This document shows positions 52,996-63,231 of a stretch of 64,000 nt of DNA, one piece after another. A program made the position numbers and the translations under genes. Position 1 is the first letter of the stretch. Each line of letters begins with the position of its first letter. The notes below the pieces were generated by a model. It was not told where the DNA came from. It saw only the letters and a program-made list of their open reading frames with translations, and searched no databases. The stretch covers positions 384,001 through 448,000 of the forward strand of contig CAWHAZ010000005.1 of the NCBI GenBank assembly GCA_963827475.1. Direction: 5' to 3'. This DNA is from an uncultured Chloroflexia bacterium (GTDB lineage: Bacteria > Chloroflexota > Limnocylindria > QHBO01).

Positions 52996-53403
52996 ATGCG
53001 GTCTCGCGGCATCGGTGCGGCGCTGGCCCTCGTCCTGGCCGCGCCGATCGCCGCGGGCTGTCAGCCGCCACCGGAATCGGTCCGGGTCGAGATCGTGATC
53101 CGCTACTCGCACTTCACCCCGTCCGAGATCTCGGTCCCGCACGGGGTTCCGGTGCGGTTCGTGTTGATCAGCCAGGATCCAATCGAGCACGAGTGGCTGA
53201 TCGGGGATGAGGCGTTTCACGAGCGCCATCGCACCGGGACGGAGCCGTCCCACGGGGAGCGGCCGAATGAGGTCACCATTCCGCCCCTGGGCACCGTGGA
53301 AACCACGCTGACCTTCGACCAGCCGGGCGAGATGGTGGCCTTCATCTGCCATGTTCCCGGCCACGAGGCCTACGGGATGGTCGGGACCCTGCGGATCACC
53401 TGA
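52996..53403 (+). CDS. Cupredoxin-fold (plastocyanin/azurin-like) lipoprotein
   Basis: AAGC lipobox, HE, CHVPGHEAYGM type-1 Cu ligand loop. Confidence 0.85.
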   Translation: MRSRGIGAALALVLAAPIAAGCQPPPESVRVEIVIRYSHFTPSEISVPHGVPVRFVLISQDPIEHEWLIGDEAFHERHRTGTEPSHGERPNEVTIPPLGTVETTLTFDQPGEMVAFICHVPGHEAYGMVGTLRIT

Positions 53404-53407
53404 GCGA

Positions 53408-54205
53408 TCAGGCGCCGACCGGCGGGGCTCCCAGCAACGGCGGCAGCACGTTGCCGAAGAAGTAGCCGACGATGCCGGCCAGCGCTCCGATGGCGAGGAT
53501 CTCGAGGCCGGAGCGCAGTGGGTTGCGACGGGTCCAGCGTGCCTTCACCACGCCGACTCCGAAGAGCACGACACCCGTCGCCAGCAGCGAGGCCCAGATC
53601 GACTGCGGCGTGGGCAGGATGAGGTAGGGGAGGATGGGGACGAGGGCGCCGAGCCCGAACGAGCCACCCATGATCATCGCGCCCTGCAACGGCGAGCCCG
53701 CGTGCTCCTCGACGTGCAGGGACAGCTCCTTCTCGACCATGGTGCGGAGCAGGACGTCCGGGTGGCGGCTGACGATGCGTGACACCTCCGCGGCCTCCTC
53801 GGCTGGGAGCCCGTCCTCCTCGAACATGTACGCGACCTCGGCCTGTGCCTCGCCGGGTCGAGTCACGACTTCGTCGCGTTCGCCCGCGATCTGCGCCTCG
53901 AAGATCTCGCGCTGGCTCTTGCTGGAGAGGTATTCGCCGGCGGCCATGCTGAACATGCCGCCGAGGGCCGTGGCGATGCCCGCGACCAGGATGGCGTAGG
54001 TGTCGGCGGTTGCTCCCGCCACGGCGCTGGCCACCGCCACGGTGCTCACCAGGCCGTCCTGGACGCCGAAGATGGCCTCCCGGATGTCTCCCAGCAGCGC
54101 CGCGCTCCGCCGCTCCTCGGCGACGTGGGCCTGGATCCAGTCCCTGTCGAACTCCTCGGCCTTCAGGCCGGCGCGACTGGCCTCGTCCTCGTAGGGGTCG
54201 GTCAC
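53408..54205 (-). CDS. VIT1/CCC1 family Fe/Mn transporter
   Basis: REAIFGVQDGLVS, FSMAAGEYLS, GALVPILPY. Confidence 0.9.
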   Translation of the reverse strand: MTDPYEDEASRAGLKAEEFDRDWIQAHVAEERRSAALLGDIREAIFGVQDGLVSTVAVASAVAGATADTYAILVAGIATALGGMFSMAAGEYLSSKSQREIFEAQIAGERDEVVTRPGEAQAEVAYMFEEDGLPAEEAAEVSRIVSRHPDVLLRTMVEKELSLHVEEHAGSPLQGAMIMGGSFGLGALVPILPYLILPTPQSIWASLLATGVVLFGVGVVKARWTRRNPLRSGLEILAIGALAGIVGYFFGNVLPPLLGAPPVGA

Positions 54206-54846
54206 TCCCCGGTCGTGTCCCCAGCCAGCCGCCACGCAAACGGGAACGCGAACGTCGCGACCACCACCTTGGCGAGGTCCCACGGGATGAACACGATGGC
54301 GCCCCAGTAGATCGCCTCGGAGAACGCCATCCCGCTGACGAGGTACAGGATCGGGACGCCGATGAGGTAGATCACGAACGATCCGAGGAGCATCAGCAGG
54401 AACGCGCCGGTCCGGGTCCGCTCCCACTGCCGCTGGGCCAGCCGACCGCACAGGGTGGCGGCGACGATGAAGGCAAACAGATAGCCGATCGTCGGCGCCA
54501 GGCCACCGCCGGTTTCCGCTCCCAGCCCGCTTCGGCCATCGGCGAAGACACCCATGCCGAGCGCGCCGGCGGCGACGTACAGGAGCATCGAGGCAAAGCC
54601 GCGCCCCGCACCCAGCGCGGTGCCGGTCACGAGGACGGCGGCGGTCTGGAGCGTGTACGGCACCGGGTTGCCGCCGATCGTGAACGAGACCTGGGCCGCG
54701 AGCGCCGTCAGCGCGGCGCCGGCCACGATGAGCAGGACGTCGCGCACGACCTGCGCGGTCCGCCCATCCGCCCGCGGGACGAAGGTGTCCACCAGGGTGA
54801 CGGCGCTGGCGCGCAGCGGCGGCAGGTTGGCCTCGGGGCTGGTCAT
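54202..54846 (-). CDS. bioY: Biotin ECF transporter S component
   Basis: PVPYTLQT, PTIGYL, FIPWDLAK; AAGGAG RBS. Confidence 0.88.
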   Translation of the reverse strand: MTSPEANLPPLRASAVTLVDTFVPRADGRTAQVVRDVLLIVAGAALTALAAQVSFTIGGNPVPYTLQTAAVLVTGTALGAGRGFASMLLYVAAGALGMGVFADGRSGLGAETGGGLAPTIGYLFAFIVAATLCGRLAQRQWERTRTGAFLLMLLGSFVIYLIGVPILYLVSGMAFSEAIYWGAIVFIPWDLAKVVVATFAFPFAWRLAGDTTGE

Positions 54847-54937
54847 GCTGGGCGATGCTCCTCCTTGCCGGGCGAGTGTAGACCCGCCCGACAAGTTCGG
54901 AGTGCCGCCCGCGGGCGGCTCCGCTACACTCGCGACG

Positions 54938-54972
54938 TCCTTTAAGTCCGGCCCCGTGAGGCCGGGAAGGAG
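54938..54972 (+). promoter_or_regulatory. PyrR-binding stem-loop sequestering the carA Shine-Dalgarno
   Basis: TCCTTTAAGTCCGGCCCCGTGAGGCCGGGAAGGAG: CUUUAA motif, CCNGUGAGG loop, and TCCTT pairing with AAGGA; TACACT -10 at 54925. Confidence 0.8.
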
Positions 54973-54976
54973 CGCG

Positions 54977-56143
54977 ATGCCGACCATTTCGAGCCTGCCT
55001 GCCACGACGCCACCCGCGATCTCGGGACCGGCGTCGTTTTCGCGTCCGGGCCTGCTCGCGCTGGAGGGCGGCACCGTGCTCCACGGCCAGCTGCGCGGCG
55101 CGGACCGCGTGGCCGAGGGCGACCTCATCTTCACGACCGCCGCCACCGGCTGGGGCGAGATCCTCACCGACCCGTCCTTCGCCGGCCAGGTCGTGGTCCT
55201 CACCCATCCGATGGTCGGCAACTACCGAATCGACCGCTCCGAGCTCGAATCCGACAAGGTGCACGCCCGGGCGCTGGTCGTCACCCGGCTCGTGACCCCG
55301 CCCGACGGGCCGGGCATGTCGGTCGAAGAGCTGCTGGTCGAGGCCGGCATTCCCGCCATCGAGGGCATCGACACCCGTGCCCTGACCCTGGAGCTGCGTC
55401 GGGGCGCGGCCCGCCGCGCGGTCATCCGCTCCGGAGACCAGGGCGCGGCCGACGCCGTGGCCGATGCGCGCTCATCCCCGGCGTGGGAGGCGGTCGATCA
55501 CGTCGCGGCGGTCGCGCCCCGTGAGCCGTACCGGCTCGCGCCGGACGGCACGCTTCGCGGCCGGGCGGTCCTCGTCGACTTCGGCGTGAAGCGCTCGCTC
55601 CTCCGTGCCCTGACGGGTCGCGGGCTGGAGGTCGTGGGGCTGCCCCCGGACGCCACCGCGGACGGTGTCGCGGCCCACGATCCGGACCTCGTGGTGCTCA
55701 GTCCCGGGCCGGGCGACCCGTCCCGGATGGAGTCCCAGATCGCGACCATGGCCGACCTGCTCGCGCGGGCCACCGCCGGCGGGCCGCCGCTGCTGGGGAT
55801 CTGCCTTGGCCACCAGCTGATCGGGCTGGCGGTAGGCGCTCCCACGCGGCGTTTGGCGGTCGGCCACCACGGCGGCAACCACGGGGTCATCGAGACGGCC
55901 ACCCGGCGCGTGACCATCGGCGCCCACAACCACGAGGTCGAGGTCATCGACCACCCGGCCCTGGCTACGGCTGGGCTCCGGGTCAGCCACCGCGATCTCA
56001 ACGACGGGACGGTCGAAGGGCTCGTCCACGTCGGGGGCCGGGTGGCATCGGTCCAGTTCCATCCGGAAGGCGCTCCCGGTCCGACCGATGCGGCCGGCCT
56101 GTTCGACGCGGCCCTCATCAGCGCCGGCCTGGCGTCGGCGTAG
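54977..56143 (+). CDS. carA: Carbamoyl-phosphate synthase small subunit
   Basis: [37 protein letters not shown]. Confidence 0.92.
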   Translation: MPTISSLPATTPPAISGPASFSRPGLLALEGGTVLHGQLRGADRVAEGDLIFTTAATGWGEILTDPSFAGQVVVLTHPMVGNYRIDRSELESDKVHARALVVTRLVTPPDGPGMSVEELLVEAGIPAIEGIDTRALTLELRRGAARRAVIRSGDQGAADAVADARSSPAWEAVDHVAAVAPREPYRLAPDGTLRGRAVLVDFGVKRSLLRALTGRGLEVVGLPPDATADGVAAHDPDLVVLSPGPGDPSRMESQIATMADLLARATAGGPPLLGICLGHQLIGLAVGAPTRRLAVGHHGGNHGVIETATRRVTIGAHNHEVEVIDHPALATAGLRVSHRDLNDGTVEGLVHVGGRVASVQFHPEGAPGPTDAAGLFDAALISAGLASA

Positions 56144-56153
56144 GCCAGGACCG

Positions 56154-58944
56154 ATGCGCCCCCGTCGCGTCCTGATCATCGGCTCGGGGCCGATCGTCAT
56201 CGGTCAGGCGGCCGAGTTCGACTACGCGGGCGTCCAGGCCTGCCTCGCGCTCCGCGGCGAGGGGATCGAGACCGTGCTCGTGAACTCGAACCCGGCCACG
56301 GTCATGACCGATCCGGACGTCGGCGGCACCGTGCTCATCGGTCCGCTGACCCTCCAGAATCTCGAGCGGGTCATCGCCGAGCACCGCCCGGATGCCCTGC
56401 TGCCGACCCTGGGCGGCCAGACGGCGCTGAACCTGGCGGTCGGCCTGGACGACGCCGGGGTGCTGGACCGATACGAGGTGGCGGTGCTCGGGACCCCGCT
56501 GGCCGCGGTGCGGGCGGCGGAGGATCGCGGCGGCTTCCGAGCCCTCGTCCAGTCCATCGGGGAGCCGGTTCCCGAGTCGGCGGTCGTGGAGTCGGTCGAG
56601 GCGGGCATGACGTTCGTCGCCGAGCTCGACGCCCCGGTGGTCATCCGCCCGGCCTTCACCCTCGGCGGTGGCGGCGGCGGGTTCGCGTCCGGCCCCGCGC
56701 AGGCGCGGGCCGCGATCGCGCGCGGGCTGGAGGCCAGCCCCATCGGCCAGGTCCTCGTCGAGCGCAGCCTGCTCGGCTGGGCGGAGATCGAGTTCGAGGT
56801 CATCCGTGACGCGGCGGATACGACCATCGCGATCTGCGGGATGGAGAACCTCGACCCGATGGGCGTGCACACCGGCGACTCGATCGTGGTGGCGCCGATC
56901 CAGACCCTGCCGGACACCGTGGTCCAGCGGCTGCGCCGATCGGCCCTGGCCATCACCCGCGCCCTGAAGCTGGAGGGCGGCTGCAACGTCCAGCTGGCGG
57001 TGTCACCCGACGGGTCGGACTACCGGGTCATCGAGGTCAATCCGCGCGTCTCGCGCTCGTCGGCCCTGGCGTCGAAGGCGACTGGCTACCCGATCGCGCG
57101 GGTCGCGGCCCTCGTCGCCCTCGGGAAGCGGCTGGACGAGATGCGCAACCCGGCCACCGGCGGGGGATCAGCCGCATTCGAGCCGGCGGTCGACTACGTG
57201 GTCGTCAAGCTGCCGCGCTGGCCGTTCGACAAGTTCCCGTTCGCCGAGCGAGACCTCGGGATCCAGATGAAGGCCACCGGGGAGGCGATGGCCATCGACC
57301 GCGAGTTCGGCCCCGCCCTGCTGAAGGCGGTCCGCTCCCTCGAGCCGCGGGGTCGCGGCTGGCTGTGGGAGGACCCGGCGTGGCGCCTTGCCGAGAAGCG
57401 CGCCGGCGGACCTGGGGGCGTTTCTCGCGGCGTCCGACACCCGGCTGTGGCGGATGGTGGGGCTGCTGCGCCACGGCTGGGCGGACGCGGCGGCGATCAG
57501 CGCCGTGACCGGCATCGCCCCGTGGTTCACCGAGCGGATCGCGGAGGTCGTGGCGGCCGAGGCGGAAGTCGTTGGCGCTCCGCTGGAGGAGGTCAAGCGG
57601 CAGGGCTTCGGGGATGCGGACGTTGCCGCCCTGTCCGGCGTGCCGGCAGCCGCCGTGCGTCGGGCACGAGTGCGGGCCGGGCTTGCGCCCGCCTACCGGC
57701 GCGTGGACACCTGCGCCGGCGAGTTCCCGGCCGAGACGCCGTACTTCTACTCGTCCTACGCCACGTCGGAGGTGCCGCCGCCGGCCGACCGCCGCTCGGT
57801 CATCGTCGTCGGCTCGGGGCCGATCCGCATCGGTCAGGGGATCGAGTTCGACTACTGCTCGGTCCGTGCGGCGTGGGCCATCCGGGACCTCGGGTACGAC
57901 GCGGTGGTCATCAACAACAACCCCGAGACGGTGAGCACCGACTACGACGCCTGCTCGCGGCTGTACTTCGAGCCACTCGACACCGAGAGCGTCCTCGACG
58001 TCCTCGACCACGAGCGGGCGTTGACCGGCGAGCCGCCGCTGGTGCTGCTGACCTTCGGCGGCCAGACCGCGATCGACCTCGCCCGCGACCTCGCGTATGC
58101 CGACGTGCCGGTCGCCGGCCTGACCGCCGATGCGATCGAGGCCTGCGAGGACCGCGATCGGTTCGCCGCATTGCTGGACCGGCTGGGGCTGGAGGGACCG
58201 ACGGGCCGCCTGGCGTCCGACGCCGAGGGGTTGGAGGAGGCGATCGGAGAGCTGGGGTACCCGGTCATCGTCCGGCCGTCGTGGGTCATCGGCGGACGCG
58301 GGATCGCCGTCATCCGCGATCGCGTGGCCCTGGGTGTTCTGCTGGCCGGCGAGGTCGGCTGGCCGCTGCGGGTCGACGCCATGGTCGGCGGCGTGGAGCT
58401 CGACATCGACGTCATCTCTGACGGCAGCGCCTGGTCGGTGCCGGGGATCCTCGAGCAGCGGGACCCGCCGGGCGTCCACTCCGGCGACTCGCTGGCCGTG
58501 CTGCCGCCTCGCAACATCTCGCGCGAGGCGCAGGAGCTGGCGGCGGAGGCGGCCGGCCGGATCGCGCTTGCGCTCGGCGTGCGCGGGATCCTCAACGTCC
58601 AGGCCATCGTGGATGGCGAGCGGGTGGTGGTGATCGAGGCCAATCCGCGGGCGTCTCGCACCGTGCCGATCGTGGCCAAGGCAACCGGGCGGGACGTCGT
58701 GGCGGCGGCGGTCCGCTGCGCGCTCGGCGCGTCGCTGGCGGAGGCCGGGCTCGCTGCCGGCTTGGCGCCGGATGGACCGATGGTTGCGGTCAAGGCGCCG
58801 ATCGACTCGCTCTGGCGGCTGCCCGGGGTGGGGACCGAGCTGGGGCCCGAGATGCGCTCGACCGGCGAGGTGCTGGGTCTGGGGCCGGACTATGCCGCCG
58901 CCCTGGCGGCGGCCGAGGAGGCGGTGGCCGCCCACCGCCCGTAG
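56154..58944 (+). CDS. carB: Carbamoyl-phosphate synthase large subunit lacking the MGS domain (frameshift near 57400)
   Basis: [33 protein letters not shown]; second half [15 protein letters not shown]...EMRSTGEV. Confidence 0.92.
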
Positions 58945-58954
58945 TCAGCGTGGC

Positions 58955-59599
58955 TTAGCGGCGCTTGCCCTTGGCCGGAGCCTTGGCGTTGATGGCCATC
59001 CGCCGGCGCAGGTACCCGCCGTAGAACCCGGCGAAGGCCCCCACCAGCCCGTACAGGACCACCAGCGCGGTCAGGCTCGTCACGACGGCGCCGGCGGCGT
59101 TCAGACCCTCGCCGGCCTGGATGGTGATGAGTCCGGCGATGAGCGCGTGGAAGATCACGCCGAGCACGCCGGCCGCGGTCCCGAACAGCCACGGTCGCCA
59201 CCAGCCGAACCATCCGGCCCCGATCAGCAGGCCGTACTGGCCGAGCGTGATCGCGAAGGCCACCAGGTTCTCACGAGGGACGATCAACAGTGCCAGCTGC
59301 AGCACGGCCCAGCCGATGGCGGCCACGCCCCAGGCCAGCGGATGTCGTGCGAGGAGCCACGCCCCGGAGACGTAGCCGCGGAACCGTCCGCGGTACGTGA
59401 AACCGGCCAGCGGGTCGCCCTTGCCCGGCAGCGGCGGGGCGGGCGGGAACAGTCGGGTGAGGAGGCTCGGCGGGCGAGCCGGGGCCGCTGTGGAGGTCAC
59501 GGCTTCGTCTGCGAGCGGTTCCTCGCCGCGAGCCACCAGGCGTTGGCGTCGCCGGGCTTCGGCGCGCTGGCTGGAGCTCCGGGATCGGGTGGCGGGCAT
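58955..59599 (-). CDS. Membrane protein with basic termini
   Basis: About 4 TM helices; TACAAT -10 just upstream of the ATG. Confidence 0.65.
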   Translation of the reverse strand: MPATRSRSSSQRAEARRRQRLVARGEEPLADEAVTSTAAPARPPSLLTRLFPPAPPLPGKGDPLAGFTYRGRFRGYVSGAWLLARHPLAWGVAAIGWAVLQLALLIVPRENLVAFAITLGQYGLLIGAGWFGWWRPWLFGTAAGVLGVIFHALIAGLITIQAGEGLNAAGAVVTSLTALVVLYGLVGAFAGFYGGYLRRRMAINAKAPAKGKRR

Positions 59600-59614
59600 G
59601 GGCGCGGATTGTAC

Positions 59615-59656
59615 GCGGGCGATAACCACGCGGTAAGCGGGGCTGGAGATGCTGCG
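59615..59656 (+). promoter_or_regulatory. Promoter motif matching the comEA promoter
   Basis: GCGGGC GATAACC ACGC GGTAAGC GGGGCTGGA GATGCT GCG. Confidence 0.55.
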
Positions 59657-59715
59657 CGCCCTTCGCCACCCGGGCGGCGACCCGATCTGCGCTCGCCTTC
59701 GCCCGGGGTTCGTCC

Positions 59716-62174
59716 ATGCACCACGCTCCGTCACGTTCCGTCCGCCACTGTGCCGGCGCCTTCGCCCTCGCCGCGCTGGTCGTCGCATTTGCCATCTCGG
59801 AGACGGCACATGCCGCTCTGACGGCCGATGGCTTGACCGCGTCGAGCATCGGTCACCTGGTCATCTCCGAGGTCATGACCGGGGGAGCCGGCGCATCGGA
59901 CGAGTTCGTGGAGCTGTACAACCCCGCCAGCGTGTCGCTGTCGCTCGACGGCCTCGAGCTGGTGTACGTCACGGCCAGCGGGGCCACGGTCACCCGCAAG
60001 GCCGTCTGGGGGCCAGGCGTGGAGATCGGCCCGGGCGGGCACGTCCTGGTGGCAAACGAATCCGGGGTGTTCGCCGGCATCGCCGACGGGACGTACGCCG
60101 GCGGCCTGGCCGCAACCGGGGGCAGCATGGCCCTGCGCGTCGTGGCCGCGGCGCATGCCATCGATGCAGTCGGCTGGGGCACGGCGACCAGCAGCTGGCT
60201 CGAGGGCAGCCCCGCACCAGCGGCTCCCGCCGGGTCGAGTCTCGAGCGGCTGCCGGGCGGCGCCCTCGGTTCCGGGCAGGACACCGATGGCAACCTTGTC
60301 GATTTCGTCGTCCGACCCGCTCCGGACCCGCAGAACAGCACCTCGCCGCCGGTCCCGACCGGCTCGCCGTCCCCTGATCCGAGCGCGAGCGAGCCGCCGT
60401 CGGATAGCGCGTCCCCGTCGGCCAGCGGGGACCCATCGGTCACGCCTGAGCCGACCACCACGCCGGAACCGTCGAGCGAGCCATCGTTCACTCCGGACCC
60501 GACCGCGGCTCCGTCCACGACACCGACACCGACGCCGGCGGCCACACCCGCGCCCACGCCCGGCCCGGCGCCACTCACCGTCGTCCAGGCCCGGGCTCTC
60601 CCCGACGGGAGCGCGGTGGTGGTCCGCGGCACGACGCTCACCGACTCGGCGTTTGCCGAGGGCGGCGGATACCTTGCGGACGGCTCGGGCGGGATCGCGG
60701 TCCTGCTCGACGACGGCACATTTCCGCGAGGGGTCGAGCTGGTCGTCAGCGGGACGGTGGATGATCGGTTCGCGCAGCGCACGGTGCGTGCCGACGCTGC
60801 CGGCCTGACGATTCTCGGACCTGGCCAGGACCTCGAGGCGGACCCCGTCGACACCGGGGCGGTGGGGGAGAACGTGGAGGGGCGACTGGTCACGGTCAGC
60901 GGCCTGGTCGCCGGCTCCCCGACGGAGCTCGCTGCGGGCCTCGCGTTCGAGGTCGACGACGGGTCCGGGCCGATCCGCGTCCTCGTTGGGCCGACGACCG
61001 GCATCGACGCGAGTTCCTGGCAGGGGGGCAGCTCCCTGACCGTGACCGGCGTCGTCGGGCAGCGCGATTCGTCGGGAACCGGAGCCGAGGGCTACCGGGT
61101 CCAGCCGCGGGACAGCGGGGACGTCCTGGCCGTCGCCCCGCGCAACGCCCGAGGCCACGCCGAGCCCGTCGCCCGCCGCATCGTCGAGTGCGACGCCAAC
61201 TCCCTCGCCCGGCGCCGCGCCCCTGGTGACGATCGCCGAAGCCCGGGCGGCCGCGACCGGGTCAAGCCTCCGGATCCGCGGCGTGGTCACGCTCCCAACG
61301 GGTCTGGTGGAGGCGGGGAGCGCCGTCGTGGCCGACGCCGGCAGCGCCATCCTTGTCCGGACCGGCTCGGAGCTTGGTCGGCTGCGACGGGGCCAGCTGG
61401 TCGAGCTGACCGGCACGCGTTCCACGCTCTCGGGGATGCTCAGCCTGCGCGTCTCGCAGCGAGCGACCGTTCTGGGTACGCAGGCCGAGCCCGGGGGCGT
61501 CCGGCGGGCCAGCGGCGGAATCGGCGAGGCGGACGAGGGCATCCTGGTCGTGGTCCGCGGTCTCGTCGCCGATGGTCCCCGGCGCACGACGGGCGGCAGC
61601 CTGACGCTCACGGTCAATGACGGCGGCGGGCCGCTGCGGGTGTTCGTAGCGGCCGGGACCGGCATCTCCGCTCCGTCCATTCCCGCCGGATCGTGGGTCG
61701 AGCTGCGGGGCGTGGTCGGCCAGCAGACGAGCGGAGCGGCGCCGACCGAAGGCTACCGCCTGTGGCCGCGCGACCGAGGCGACGTGCAGGTCATCGCCCG
61801 TTCCACCGTCGGCGGGCGCGGTTCGGCCAGCGGGTCGGGGACCGATCGGACCCGGGGAAGGACGCACGCCCCCAACTACGACCCAAGCGTCGTCGGACGC
61901 GCTGACCTTGACCAAGCCAGACCTCGGCGGGGCTGTCGCCCTGGCCACGGCGCTCCGCGATCCCGGCACCGATGACGGCTCGCCACGGCCCGAGGTCCCG
62001 CCGATCCAGGGGCCGCTCGCGGCCGGGCTCGGCGGCCTGGCCGGGCTGATGGCCCTGGCCTGGCGCCACGGGACGTGGGCTCGGCTGTGGGTCGAGGTCG
62101 CACAGCGGACCGGCTGGAGGCGCACCACGGCGATCGACGAAGGGGAGGACGAGTCGTATACCCTCGCCCCGTGA
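59716..62174 (+). CDS. Secreted lamin-tail-domain protein with tandem OB-fold repeats and a C-terminal TM (two frameshifts)
   Basis: Signal peptide, LVISEVM..DEFVELYNP, P/S/T linker, OB repeats ending YRVQPRDSGD and YRLWPRDRGD, TM followed by WRH. Confidence 0.75.
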
Positions 62175-62998
62175 GCGAGCCCACGAGCGCCGATTCGCCC
62201 CAGAGCGGGTCACGCATGTACCACATCGCCCTCGAGCGGGGCGAGCTGGCGGAGTACATCATCCTGGTGGGCGAGCCGAGCCGGGTGGCGAAGGTCGCCT
62301 CGCGCTTCGACAGGGTGGAGGTGGAGCGCAGCAACCGGGAGATCACCACCGCCACCGGAACCTGGCAGGGCATGCGCCTGTCGGTCATGTCGACCGGCAT
62401 GGGCCCCGACAACACCGAGATCGTGCTGGCCGAGGTCCTGGAGATCACGGACCAGCCGACGTTCGTGCGCGTGGGCTCGTCGGGCGGACTCCAGCCTGAG
62501 ATCGGTCTCGGGGACCTCGTGGTCTCGACCGGGGCGGTGCGCCTGGAGAACACGACCGACTTCTACGTCCATCCCGGCTACCCGGCCATCGCCCATCGCG
62601 ACGTCGTCCAGGCACTGGAGACGGCCTGCCAGCAGCTGGGGTACGCCCACCACGTGGGGATCACCGCCACCGCCCCCGGTTTTTTCGCGCCGCAGGGAAG
62701 GGCGATGCGCACGCTCCCGGTTCGCTATCCTGATCTCGCAGAGGAGCTCAGACGTCAAGGCGTTCTGAACCTCGAAATGGAGTCGTCGGCACTGTTCGTG
62801 CTGGCGGGCCTGGCCGGATCGCGTGCGGGCACTGTTTGCGCGGTGTACGCCCAGCGAACAGCCGGGACGTTCGTGGGGGAAGGCGCGGCAAAGGAGGCCG
62901 CGGAGGCGCGCTGCATCGATGCCGGTCTGGCCGGGATCCACCTGGTGTGGGAAAAGGACAGCAGCAGCGAGTCGAAACCAAACGAAATGAACGCTTAG
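62171..62998 (+). CDS. udp: Uridine/nucleoside phosphorylase
   Basis: MYHI, VGEPSRV, NREI, STGMG, RVGSSG, NLEMESS; GTGA overlap with the upstream gene. Confidence 0.85.
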   Translation: MSEPTSADSPQSGSRMYHIALERGELAEYIILVGEPSRVAKVASRFDRVEVERSNREITTATGTWQGMRLSVMSTGMGPDNTEIVLAEVLEITDQPTFVRVGSSGGLQPEIGLGDLVVSTGAVRLENTTDFYVHPGYPAIAHRDVVQALETACQQLGYAHHVGITATAPGFFAPQGRAMRTLPVRYPDLAEELRRQGVLNLEMESSALFVLAGLAGSRAGTVCAVYAQRTAGTFVGEGAAKEAAEARCIDAGLAGIHLVWEKDSSSESKPNEMNA

Positions 62999-63013
62999 GA
63001 GGCAGACGAACCG

Positions 63014-63157
63014 ATGGCGACCGACGGCTACTGCGTCAAGTGCAAGACCAAGCGGACCATGAAGGATGACCGCAAGATCACGATGAAGAACGGCAAGCCC
63101 GCGACGCAGGGCATCTGCCCCGTGTGCGGCACCAAGATGTTCAAGATCGGAGGCTGA
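63014..63157 (+). CDS. DUF5679-like small basic zinc-ribbon protein (47 aa), not in the ORF track
   Basis: MATDGYCVKCKTKRTMKDDRKITMKNGKPATQGICPVCGTKMFKIGG; AGGAGG RBS. Confidence 0.85.
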   Translation: MATDGYCVKCKTKRTMKDDRKITMKNGKPATQGICPVCGTKMFKIGG

Positions 63158-63176
63158 GGCCCCCATTCGCCTCGCC

Positions 63177-63211
63177 GGCCGCCGAGCCCCGCTCGGCGGC
63201 CTCTCCATTTT
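63177..63211 (+). terminator. Intrinsic terminator
   Basis: GGCCGCCGAGC-CCC-GCTCGGCGGCC followed by TCTCCATTTT. Confidence 0.65.
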
Positions 63212-63231
63212 CGGCCGGTAGAATGGCCCCA

